From an uncultured Thermoprotei archaeon (GTDB taxonomy: Archaea > Thermoproteota > Thermoprotei > Thermofilales > B15-G2), in contig CBDUKN010000007.1 of NCBI GenBank assembly GCA_965367815.1, positions 22,076 through 86,075 on the forward strand: a stretch of 64,000 nt of DNA. The letters are read 5' to 3'. This document shows positions 35,886 to 45,128 of the stretch, piece by piece. A program made the position numbers and the translations under genes. Numbering within the stretch: the stretch's first letter is position 1; the number at the start of each line of letters is the position of its first letter. The notes beneath the pieces are model-generated. The model was not told the origin of the DNA, made no database searches, and saw nothing but the letters and a program-made list of their open reading frames with translations.

Positions 35886-38800
35886 ATGCTTAAAGGGAAA
35901 TTATTAGCTTTCATACTAGGATTAACTCTAATATCAGCGGCTCTGCTAGCGCCTATTTCAGCTGTACCAATGTTTACCATAAGAGGATATGTTAAAACAT
36001 GGAAAGGAGAGCCTCACACCAATACTATAGTCGTGGCATTCGATATAGCAAACTACGAAGTAAGAGGAGTGACTAAAACAAATGCTAGCGGATACTTTGA
36101 AATTACAGTACCGAGAGGCTATAAGTACGTAGTATTTATTCTGCCGCTCAACGCTAATGGAACAGCTCTAAGCCATGTACCAGAAATAGCCGACTTACAT
36201 TCATTTGAAGACTTAGTTGAAGTCACTATAAACTTCAAGGCATACCCAGCAGCATTTGTTAAAGTCTACGGAACAATACACTATGTTGGGGGAGATTGGC
36301 TCGAAATATTTTCACTTAAAGTACTAGATACAAGCGGAACAAGGATATCTGAAGTACTAGACGCAGGTAAAGCAGTATACTCAAGAGAGTTCGTGGGTAA
36401 AGGTGAAGTAAAAGTATCTCTTGTCGACGAATATGGCACAGCGTCAAGTTTCCTCGTATACTATGAAGTAGGAGTAAGGAGAGGAAAACTGCCTGCAGGT
36501 CTAGCCGATAAAAGCATAGCTATAGTTCCTGCAGAAAAACCAGTTATAGTTGAGTTCACGACAAGCATAATAGATAACCGTAAGCCACCGTTCCTTAGAG
36601 AACCAATACACAGAGTAAAATTCACTATAGGAGATCCACTCAACCCGCTAACACTAAAACCCGGAGAAAAAGTATTATTTGATATCGAGAAAGAGTCCTT
36701 GAAGAGAATTATCCAGGAAGTTAGAAGAGACGTCGATATAGCTGAATCACTCATAGAAGAAATGGAGCGAATGGGCTTCTACCTAGCTCCAGAGAGAGCA
36801 GACTTAGCTAAAGCTATAGCGCTAATAGAAGAAGCAAAGCTCGCCTATGAGCAGAACCAGCCAGTAGAGCAGATAATAGAGAAGCTTGAGAGAGCATACG
36901 TTATAGCGACACAAGTAGTAGCTGGACGAGTATTTTTCCTCAAAACAGTTGCTTTAGAGGGAGCGCCTCTTCTCTCATACTTCATAGCACTCTTCGCAGC
37001 AGTAATGGCCTACTACTTCTTCGAAGACCCCAAGAAAAAACTATACTCGTTCATAGCGTTCTTCGCAGCCTTCATGATAATATTCGCGCTATCTTACCCA
37101 GGATTCCCACTACTATGGAACAACAGAAGAGACCTCTTCCTAATCTCAGTATCTACAGCCTTCTTCGGAGTACTCTTCTTACTATTCTACTTACCCATCA
37201 AAATAAAGGAAGCAGAGCTCCCAGGAACATTCAGAAGAGGAGCAATACTGGCAGTAACATTCTCACTTGCAAAGAGATTCTCTAGACTCAAGAAAACTAG
37301 AACAGGTATAGTAGTGTTCTCTCTAGCGGCTCTAATCTGGGCGTTTACAGTACTAGCATCTATTTCAACAGTATACGGCATATGGAGCGCTGAAGTACCT
37401 TCAGTAACCAAGGTAAACGCGCTAGTGGTAAAGCACTTAATAAATGAGACAACTATAAGTTCACTAGGCTATTTCTCTGACTACCAGTGGTTCGTCCAGC
37501 AGCTAGGCAACGATAGTGTATCAGTAGTAGTCTATAACGATCCGACAATTAAGCTAACTATACTCATTACTTCACCTGAAGGAAAATCTGTTGAAGTCAA
37601 AGCCTTCATGGGAGTCTCAGAGATAGAAGACAAAATTACAGGCATATCAAAAATAATAGTTGAAGGAGACTGGTCAAAAGTAGAGGAAAAGAACTCTGTC
37701 TTCTTACCTTCAACTCTAGCTGAGAAGCTTGGAGTGAAAGTAGGAGATGTAGTTAAAATAGAAGTATATAGGCCGGGAGTAGAAATACCTGTATCAGAAA
37801 AATACGTTGTCGCAGGAATATTTGATGAACTGTCTCTAGACAGAATAAAAGATATCGATGGAACACCGCTTAAACCACTAGTTCTAGTGAAAGGAGGCTT
37901 TGCTCCAGCAAACTCAACAGACATAATTATTGGCAACTGGGAGTACTTACTCAAAGAAGTTCTCCTTGAAGAGAAAGCACTATTCTCAACAGTATTTAAG
38001 ATATACAGAATAGCTGCAGTAGGGTCATCAGATGTACTGAAGAGCGTAGCCAGAAGATATATTGAAAGAAAAGGTGAAGGCTACTATGTTTACGTAAATA
38101 CTGAAGGCAAGTGCTACAAACTTTTCTTCGGACAGAAAGTAGAAAACATCTTAATGAGAAACGTTGACTTCATAATACCAATAGCAATAGTAATCTCGGT
38201 AGTACTTGTATCAATGTACAGTATAGTAGAGGAAAGAAGAAGAGAAATATTTATCTTCAACGCTATAGGCTTCAATCCAATGCACATAGCCTTCCTATTC
38301 TTAGCGGAGTCAATAGTCTACGGACTCATATCAGGAGGCCTAGGATACATAGCTGGAATAGTCACCTTCAGAGTAATGGCAACATACTTCTCGTCACTAA
38401 ACCTCCTAGTAAGAGAAAAGCTAGAGTGGTACTGGAGCATCATAGCAATATTTATCTCAATACTAGTAGCCATGATCGCTTCCTTCAAGCCAGCACTCAA
38501 AGCAGCCATGATGTACACTCCATCAAGAGTACGCAGAGTAAAGGCCACTGAGGCAGAAAAACTCAAACGCGAAGAAAAAATCCTAGTAACCTACGTAGGC
38601 AAGAGGTATCTACTATCAGCTAAAATCAAGGAAGATGAGGCCGTAATATTCTTCTCGTTTATATACTCAAGGCTCAAGGACATGGAGTCAGGATACACTG
38701 AGAGAGTAGAAGATCTGCAGGAATATGATGAAGAAGAGCTTCCCGACGGAACACTAGTAAAGAGATTCACCTTCAAGTGCGTGCTCTTAGTTGAAGGAGA

Positions 38801-38996
38801 GCGCGTAGTCATAGACAACGACTTGAGGTGCACAAAGAGTTCTAAAGAGAAGTTCTATAGAGTAGAGCTCTACGCGAAGCCTCATGGCGAAAAAGAAATC
38901 CCGCTGAGGTACCTTGATAGAGTAGCCTCAATGATCAACGATATACTCAAGTCATGGGAAGAAGAAAGAAAGAGGCTGCTGTCGTCGCGCCGATAA
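35886..38996 (+). CDS. Secreted-domain / FtsX-MacB-type permease fusion protein (P1)
   Basis: It has a signal peptide, a CarboxypepD_reg-like domain (RGYVKT..TNASGYFEITVPRG) and a 3-TM bundle. Next come MacB-type TM1, a periplasmic-domain motif 'LPSTLAEKLGVKVGDVVKIEV' and the FtsX core 'EERRREIFIFNAIGFNPMHIAFLFLAESIVYGLISGGLGY'. It ends in a ~170-aa cytoplasmic tail. SD GAGGTG lies upstream. Confidence 0.75.
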   Translation: MLKGKLLAFILGLTLISAALLAPISAVPMFTIRGYVKTWKGEPHTNTIVVAFDIANYEVRGVTKTNASGYFEITVPRGYKYVVFILPLNANGTALSHVPEIADLHSFEDLVEVTINFKAYPAAFVKVYGTIHYVGGDWLEIFSLKVLDTSGTRISEVLDAGKAVYSREFVGKGEVKVSLVDEYGTASSFLVYYEVGVRRGKLPAGLADKSIAIVPAEKPVIVEFTTSIIDNRKPPFLREPIHRVKFTIGDPLNPLTLKPGEKVLFDIEKESLKRIIQEVRRDVDIAESLIEEMERMGFYLAPERADLAKAIALIEEAKLAYEQNQPVEQIIEKLERAYVIATQVVAGRVFFLKTVALEGAPLLSYFIALFAAVMAYYFFEDPKKKLYSFIAFFAAFMIIFALSYPGFPLLWNNRRDLFLISVSTAFFGVLFLLFYLPIKIKEAELPGTFRRGAILAVTFSLAKRFSRLKKTRTGIVVFSLAALIWAFTVLASISTVYGIWSAEVPSVTKVNALVVKHLINETTISSLGYFSDYQWFVQQLGNDSVSVVVYNDPTIKLTILITSPEGKSVEVKAFMGVSEIEDKITGISKIIVEGDWSKVEEKNSVFLPSTLAEKLGVKVGDVVKIEVYRPGVEIPVSEKYVVAGIFDELSLDRIKDIDGTPLKPLVLVKGGFAPANSTDIIIGNWEYLLKEVLLEEKALFSTVFKIYRIAAVGSSDVLKSVARRYIERKGEGYYVYVNTEGKCYKLFFGQKVENILMRNVDFIIPIAIVISVVLVSMYSIVEERRREIFIFNAIGFNPMHIAFLFLAESIVYGLISGGLGYIAGIVTFRVMATYFSSLNLLVREKLEWYWSIIAIFISILVAMIASFKPALKAAMMYTPSRVRRVKATEAEKLKREEKILVTYVGKRYLLSAKIKEDEAVIFFSFIYSRLKDMESGYTERVEDLQEYDEEELPDGTLVKRFTFKCVLLVEGERVVIDNDLRCTKSSKEKFYRVELYAKPHGEKEIPLRYLDRVASMINDILKSWEEERKRLLSSRR

Positions 38997-38997
38997 A

Positions 38998-40584
38998 ATG
39001 TTAAGTAAATATTTGGACAAAGAATTTTTGTTAACTTTATTTATTCTAATTATTTTGCTTATAGAAATAATAGCATTATTTATACTACCTAGCTTTAAAG
39101 TAAAAAAGTTAACTAGAGAAGAATACTTAGCGAAAGCTATTGAAGCCTACGAGTGGATGATGCAGTTCCAGATAACTCCTCCCGGCACTCCATGGGGATG
39201 GCACCTGAACTGCAGAGACGCATGGGGAGGACTAGCAGGCTACTACACCAGACACTGCAAGTGGGCAGCAGTGTACGGTGCTGAAAGCTTCTATCAGCTC
39301 TACATAGCCTCACACGACGTAGGCTGGTTCTTGGAACTCGGAGTAGACCTATATAATATAACCGGCGAAGAAAAGTACCTTAAAGCTACTGAACTAGCAG
39401 CACAGTGGGCTCTCAGAATACAAGTAGGGTACAGTTCTTGGCTTAAAAAATTCGAAAAGCGCTACATTATGCCTCAAAAAAGTGAACGCAGTGTTAGCTG
39501 GAGATACGTTCCTGGTATAAAGTTTTCTAATGAGGTCATTGGAGCATACACTGAAGGAATGTTTGTTTTCAGCGGCGAACCACCATATCTTCATGATTGG
39601 AGTGAAGGAGTATGCTACGCTGAGCCAGCACTTTGGGTTGCGCCCGAGCATGTCATACCTATAGCTAAAGGTTTACTAAAACTATACTTAGCAACAAAGA
39701 ATAAAACATACTTAATGTCAGCTATGAGGGCACTCGACTTTATAGCTAGAATGCAGTCTCCTGAAGGCGGTATATACACGTGTTATCCTCCGAATGCCTA
39801 CGGAATTAGAATGAGTGATACAGCTAGTGCAGCTGAACTTTTCCTTTATGCCTACATAGTGGTAGGAAACAAAACTTATCTCGAAAGAGGACTTAAGGCA
39901 TGTGACTTCATGATAAGCAAGCAAGTAGCTTACGGCAGGTGGAGAGGAGTGCTGCCTCACTTGTCTACAGCTGGAGGTTCTTGGAGAAAACACAGTTATT
40001 TTACAGGCGACGCTGCTGAGGCTATTATAGCCTGGTTAAAAGCATATGAGCTTACGGGTGAATATAAGTATCTGGAGGCGGCTGTAAGAGCAGCTTACTT
40101 TCTTCTTAGAATGCAGGAAACAGACGCCAGTAAGCCTTGGGGTACTAAGATATATTCATGGGATAAGCGTGCAGTAGGAGGATTCTACTGGGCCTATGTG
40201 CCAGGCTACGGCATCTTGGAATACCAATTTGTTTCATCAACTACGTCAGCCGCCATAGCTTTACTCAAATTATACACTGTAGTCGAAGAACCTATTTTCT
40301 TAGAAAGCGTGAACTTGGCTTTAAAATGGCTTCTCGAGACAGAAATATATTCTCCTTCAAACACATACTTAGATCTTCCCGGCTTAACCGTAGTAAGCGA
40401 TCCTCACGGACTTTATAAAAGCGGATATGTCCCACTATACGGTAAGTATTACGATGAAATCCCCGGAACAATGACAGGAGACCCCGAGCAAGGCTTCTGT
40501 GTAGCAATGGCTGCCTCCGGTCCCTGCTACCTCTTCCTTGAAATATACAGATTATACCATAAAGTATATAATCAGCAGAAGTAG
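38998..40584 (+). CDS. Membrane-anchored extracellular alpha/alpha-toroid (prenyltransferase/terpene-cyclase-like repeat) protein
   Basis: It has an N-terminal TM anchor, then repeated 'RMQ/KQ..G.W/Y' units (RMQSPEGGIY, SKQVAYGRW, RMQETDASKPW). Its start is 1 nt after the upstream stop. Confidence 0.45.
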   Translation: MLSKYLDKEFLLTLFILIILLIEIIALFILPSFKVKKLTREEYLAKAIEAYEWMMQFQITPPGTPWGWHLNCRDAWGGLAGYYTRHCKWAAVYGAESFYQLYIASHDVGWFLELGVDLYNITGEEKYLKATELAAQWALRIQVGYSSWLKKFEKRYIMPQKSERSVSWRYVPGIKFSNEVIGAYTEGMFVFSGEPPYLHDWSEGVCYAEPALWVAPEHVIPIAKGLLKLYLATKNKTYLMSAMRALDFIARMQSPEGGIYTCYPPNAYGIRMSDTASAAELFLYAYIVVGNKTYLERGLKACDFMISKQVAYGRWRGVLPHLSTAGGSWRKHSYFTGDAAEAIIAWLKAYELTGEYKYLEAAVRAAYFLLRMQETDASKPWGTKIYSWDKRAVGGFYWAYVPGYGILEYQFVSSTTSAAIALLKLYTVVEEPIFLESVNLALKWLLETEIYSPSNTYLDLPGLTVVSDPHGLYKSGYVPLYGKYYDEIPGTMTGDPEQGFCVAMAASGPCYLFLEIYRLYHKVYNQQK

Positions 40585-40591
40585 GAGGTAG

Positions 40592-42445
40592 ATGTATATG
40601 TTTGATAAAGCTTTTCAGTTGGCAATAATGATTTTCTCGAGCTTAATGATGGCACAGCTTTTCTCTAGAACTTTATTCGAAAAAGAGTTTTACAGAAAAG
40701 TAAACTTCCTGTTAATATTTCTTGTATCAGTCTTACTCATGTATAAAATAGAGCCAATGCCCTTCGAACTAGCTCTTTCGCTTATAGTGCCGCCCTTTAG
40801 ACTAGAGTACTTAATGACTTTTATTCTAGCGTTTATACCCTTCCTTATTCCTTTAGCTATACTATTTTCACGCGGCGAAACGTGGCTACTCGCAGAGATA
40901 GTCGTACGTTTTCTTAGAAGAAGGCGCCTTAGAACACTATTAAATGTAATGACAGTAGCCTTAGTACTCTCGGTACTAACCTCGGTTGCCGCTATATCGC
41001 CGCTAAAATCATTTTATGTAATGAAAATAGCACAGACACCAGCAGAGCTAAAAGAGCTGTGCAAGCACCACCACGTATACATATTGCTCTATAAGGAATA
41101 TACCTGGATTGCATCTACTGAGGCAAGTATACAGAAGGAAGAAATGAAGTCGCTGACACTGGAAGTGAAAACAGGCTTCTTGTCACTTTTCAGCAAACCT
41201 GAAGCAGTAATAGACTTCATGTACACTGAAGGCCTAGCTGACGGGAAAAAAGTTCAAATTCTCATAACCGATACTAACACTTTACAAGAGATCTTTCCAT
41301 CAAATTTAATATTAAAAAAATTAAATGAAAAAACACTAGCTTACGCCAATTCATATACTTTAATAAATACTACAATCAAAATAAACAGTATTGATCGCGA
41401 ATTTAAGCCCAGCGGATTATTTAATTTAACAGAAGTGAAAATAACAAGAGACATAGCTATTCTAACAAAAACTCCTTCAATCTTAATCGACATTAAAGCA
41501 CTTAAACCAGAAGAGATTTTAAACCTCGTAGATGCAGGAGCCTTAAAGTACGTAGTTGTCGCAGTAAATCATGCTGTTAGCAAATCGAATCTAGAAAAAT
41601 TCATTAAGTTATTTTCAAGTGAAGCGAGCTACCAAGAAAAAGCTCTTGTATACACACCACTAGTATTGCAAATAGATGAAAATAACGTAATGATGTATTT
41701 CACTATAGGCACATACTACATGTTTTCAGGCGAAATAGGGTACTTGTTCTTTGCAGCACTATCAATTTTCCTACTCCTATTTTCAACAATTCTAGGAACT
41801 GTATATGAGAGAAGCAAAGAGTACTCCATCCTAGCCTGTCTAGGGGCAACTCCTAGTAAAATATACCTTGTCATGTTCCTTGAAGGAGCCTACCTAGCCT
41901 CCCTTGGAGGAGTACTCTCAATGTTTATTGCATATCCTATAATAAGGGAAGGGATATCAGCTTACTACAAATCAAACTTGCCTTCAATATTCTTTCTGTC
42001 ACTAGGCACAAGCTACCTAGCAACAATAGCCTCATATTTAGCTCTAAGAATTAAAGGAATACGTGAAGTTACTCCAAGCCGCGTAATAAAATACACTGCG
42101 GAAAGAAAGAAAACAGGGGGAGAATTCGAAGTACCCATAAAAATTCACGACTGGAGTAGTTTCAAGCATTTCCTCAAAGAAATCGAAGGAAAAAACGTTG
42201 AACCAGGAATAAAAGTACTAAAGGTATCCGAGGAAAACGGAAATCTAAAAGCACTAGTCGCATGTGGTATAGATAGAGAAGCCCTATACATGTTTACATT
42301 AATTTATTCAGGAGAATCTGTAAAAATCAGGGTTGCAGGCGAAAGAACATGGACAGCTGAGCACTCCAGATTATATGACCTCGCTGTAAGAAGCTTTAGA
42401 AAACTAGCCTTAAGATACTCACTCAAAGAAAAATTAAACAAGTAA
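40592..42445 (+). CDS. FtsX-MacB-type permease-like protein without ectodomain fusion (P2)
   Basis: It has an N-terminal TM bundle, 'RRRRLRTLLNVMTVALVL' (TM1), a ~240-aa extracytoplasmic domain and the FtsX core 'YERSKEYSILACLGATPSKIYLVMFLEGAYLASLGGVLS'. It ends in a ~130-aa tail. SD GGAGGT lies upstream. Confidence 0.7.
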   Translation: MYMFDKAFQLAIMIFSSLMMAQLFSRTLFEKEFYRKVNFLLIFLVSVLLMYKIEPMPFELALSLIVPPFRLEYLMTFILAFIPFLIPLAILFSRGETWLLAEIVVRFLRRRRLRTLLNVMTVALVLSVLTSVAAISPLKSFYVMKIAQTPAELKELCKHHHVYILLYKEYTWIASTEASIQKEEMKSLTLEVKTGFLSLFSKPEAVIDFMYTEGLADGKKVQILITDTNTLQEIFPSNLILKKLNEKTLAYANSYTLINTTIKINSIDREFKPSGLFNLTEVKITRDIAILTKTPSILIDIKALKPEEILNLVDAGALKYVVVAVNHAVSKSNLEKFIKLFSSEASYQEKALVYTPLVLQIDENNVMMYFTIGTYYMFSGEIGYLFFAALSIFLLLFSTILGTVYERSKEYSILACLGATPSKIYLVMFLEGAYLASLGGVLSMFIAYPIIREGISAYYKSNLPSIFFLSLGTSYLATIASYLALRIKGIREVTPSRVIKYTAERKKTGGEFEVPIKIHDWSSFKHFLKEIEGKNVEPGIKVLKVSEENGNLKALVACGIDREALYMFTLIYSGESVKIRVAGERTWTAEHSRLYDLAVRSFRKLALRYSLKEKLNK

Positions 42446-42765
42446 ATACTGCACACATTACCGTCCAAGAAAGCAATAATTTTAGTTCAATTAACTTTAA
42501 ATTTATCTTTCCTGTAGCCAATCAATCTTTAACACACTACTATAAAATTAGTACTAATTTCGGCAGCAATATTCCTATTTTTTGCTCATAACTACCTTTA
42601 CGTTCTTATAAAAAGACTTTATTAAAGCAGTCTTAAACTAAATGCGTTAATAACTAAACATATGGCTCCTAGCAACAATTTTCATAAAACCCTTACGACA
42701 CGTTATGACCCTGAGAAGAAATTTGACAAAGGTAAAAAATACTGACGGTTCATATATCTTTTTCG

Positions 42766-42781
42766 GAAAGCCTTAAATAAT
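42766..42781 (+). promoter_or_regulatory. BRE/TATA promoter for 42831..44858
   Basis: 'gaaagccttaaataat' combines purine-rich BRE-like bases with a TATA-like box ~55 nt upstream of the ATG. Confidence 0.35.
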
Positions 42782-42830
42782 TTTGTTTTTCTAGTTAAAA
42801 CAGCATTTGATACATATTGAGGGATAGAAT

Positions 42831-44858
42831 ATGGTGGAGGAGACGAAAGTAAAAGAAGTAGAGGCTCTAAAAGTACTCAAATCACCGCGCCTCATAATCC
42901 TCTGGATTATAATTCTACTAGTATTCATCCCCTATCAAGCATTCAGACTCTATGGATGTTACGGCAACGGAACATCGTTCATGAGCCTAGTGCTCTTACT
43001 AACAGCTATAATCGGCTTATTTAGCAAGAAGTTTAAGCTATCACCTCAAGAAGCAACAATAGCCTTTGCCATAGCGACAGTAGCAGCTGATATCTCAATC
43101 TATACAGCTTTCTACGATAATCCACTATCAGGCATACCCTTCATTAACCTATATGGCGGACCAAACCTCGATAAAGTAAAGCAGTGGATACCTTCATGGA
43201 TGTTTATACCTACAGAAGTACTAGAGCCTGCCAGAAATGGTGGAGCAATGCTCCCACTAGGGCCGCTCTTACCAGTACTAGCTTTCTTAACAATATTCTT
43301 AATAGCACTCAAGTTGCTACAGCTAGCCACAGCAGGCATTATTGCAAGACAGTTTGTAGAAATAGAGCGCCTTCCATTCCCAGCCTTCATGCCAAGCCTC
43401 TACGTAATCAAATACTATTCCGAAGAAGTAGGAAAGAAGCCTAGACTACTATCATGGAAAGGCAACACTCCGTTCTGGCTGGGCTTCATCATAGGATTTC
43501 TAATAGATGCTATAGCTATTATGGAAGTATTTAGCGAAGCTGTCACAGGAAAAACCTACATACAGCTTCCTGCAAGCACAGGATTCATAGGACAGTTCGT
43601 AGTTGATCTAAGGTTCCTAGAACCGTACTTGCCGGGCGCAATGCTGTACTGGTATCCAGGACTAGACTTCGGTTTCTTCCCAGTCGCTCTCTTCTTGCCA
43701 TTAGATGTAATGGCTACGGCAATTCTATGGTTCTTCCTATGGTATATCTTCTATCCAGCAACAGTTAATATCCTTGGAATATATCCGACAAAAGTTACCG
43801 CAGGACAGCTAGGAGGAGGTGCTGTAGGAGCATGGCCATTTACATGGGTTGGTCAGATAGCAGTCCCATTTGCATTAGGCCTCTATCCACTAATATTTAG
43901 CTGGAGGTACTTCAGAGACTTCTTCAGAAAAGCTTTTAAGAGAACAGACCTCAATCCATCGCTCCCAGAAACTCTGCCAGTCTACACGGGTATTGTAGCT
44001 TTCATAATATTGCTAGCTCTGCTAGCGACTATAGGCATGCCAATAGTGCTAGCGTTTCTCTGGCTAATAGTTCTGACAATCTGTTGGACAGGTATGGCTA
44101 GAGTAGCAGGCGAATACTTCACTCAGCCACTGGCCTGGGCGTGGGGAGACCTCTACAGAGGATTCATGGGCTTCTCTCAGACAGTCATGGGCTGGCCTAA
44201 CCCCTATCCATCTAAAGAAGCATGGGGCACTATGATGGGCATGAGGCTGACTTACAATACTGTAGAAAGAGAGGTAGACAGCACATGGGGCTTCTTAGGC
44301 TGGTACAGGGTAGCGAGAGACACTAACACAAGCTGGAAAGCAGTCTATATAGCCCAGCTCGTAGCGGTAATTATTGGGGTAATTCTTGCCTGGCCAGCTA
44401 TCTACGGTCTAGCCTACTACAGAGGTCTTGAGGTAGGCTGGAACGGATACTTTACAGCTACATCCATCAGATACGCTGCTAGAAGATTTGTGGACTACGG
44501 TCTAGCAGGAACAGTAAATGCTATTAGTCCATGGAACATGCTAAAGATCGGATGGCTCTTTGGAGGCATCGTAATGGTCTTTGCTATAATGTGGCTTAGA
44601 CTCAGATTCCCATGGTTCTTCCTCAACCCAGTAGGTATGCTATGGCAACACCCATGGTGGCTTGGTGCAACTATGCTAGCTTTCGTTATAAAGTACATCG
44701 TTATCAAGGTGGGCGGTGCACAGGCTAATGAGAAATACTTAATACCCTTCGCTACCGGCTGGGCTTTCGGATCAGCTATAGGTGGACTAGTGACATACTG
44801 GCCCGAAAACATTTATAGAGCGTTCTTCAACAGACTCTTCCCGTACTTCTGGTGGTAA
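42831..44858 (+). CDS. Polytopic membrane protein, OPT/YSL-superfamily-like (Q1)
   Basis: The 675-aa protein has about 14-16 TM segments. 'EIERLPFPAF' aligns with 'EIEKLPFPIG' of the paralogue 49730..51664 and recalls the OPT/YSL 'KLTYPSGTATA' loop. Confidence 0.5.
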   Translation: MVEETKVKEVEALKVLKSPRLIILWIIILLVFIPYQAFRLYGCYGNGTSFMSLVLLLTAIIGLFSKKFKLSPQEATIAFAIATVAADISIYTAFYDNPLSGIPFINLYGGPNLDKVKQWIPSWMFIPTEVLEPARNGGAMLPLGPLLPVLAFLTIFLIALKLLQLATAGIIARQFVEIERLPFPAFMPSLYVIKYYSEEVGKKPRLLSWKGNTPFWLGFIIGFLIDAIAIMEVFSEAVTGKTYIQLPASTGFIGQFVVDLRFLEPYLPGAMLYWYPGLDFGFFPVALFLPLDVMATAILWFFLWYIFYPATVNILGIYPTKVTAGQLGGGAVGAWPFTWVGQIAVPFALGLYPLIFSWRYFRDFFRKAFKRTDLNPSLPETLPVYTGIVAFIILLALLATIGMPIVLAFLWLIVLTICWTGMARVAGEYFTQPLAWAWGDLYRGFMGFSQTVMGWPNPYPSKEAWGTMMGMRLTYNTVEREVDSTWGFLGWYRVARDTNTSWKAVYIAQLVAVIIGVILAWPAIYGLAYYRGLEVGWNGYFTATSIRYAARRFVDYGLAGTVNAISPWNMLKIGWLFGGIVMVFAIMWLRLRFPWFFLNPVGMLWQHPWWLGATMLAFVIKYIVIKVGGAQANEKYLIPFATGWAFGSAIGGLVTYWPENIYRAFFNRLFPYFWW

Positions 44859-44877
44859 ACTAGAAATAGTTTAACAA

Positions 44878-44894
44878 TTTTTTATTTTATTTTT
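44878..44894 (+). terminator. T-tract terminator
   Basis: 'tttttttattttatttt' begins 20 nt after the stop at 44858. Archaeal termination occurs at oligo-T tracts. Confidence 0.45.
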
Positions 44895-45096
44895 AATGTG
44901 TTTTAAATAGTTAGAGTCTTCTTATGCTGTATATGCCTTAATTGAGGCGTAGGAAGTATCCTTTACTACAAGTTCTCGTTATGGTTATGTCTAGTACTAG
45001 GTAAACCGGGAGTCATAATATGGAAGCTTAGCTGACACAATTTTAACAATTATTGGGTTATCTCTATTGAAAAATCTTTTATAAGAACATAAATTA

Positions 45097-45109
45097 GGTT
45101 TATATAGCC
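45097..45109 (+). promoter_or_regulatory. TATA box for 45129..51664
   Basis: 'ggtttatatagcc' is centred ~26 nt upstream of ATG 45129 (leaderless geometry). Confidence 0.4.
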
Positions 45110-45128
45110 AAAGGTTTACTGTTAATTG

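Noticed and set aside
45126-45128. The listed TTG start of the 1533-aa P3 protein.
   Set aside because: The adjacent ATG at 45129 sits at the canonical ~26-nt distance from the TATA box. The difference is one codon.
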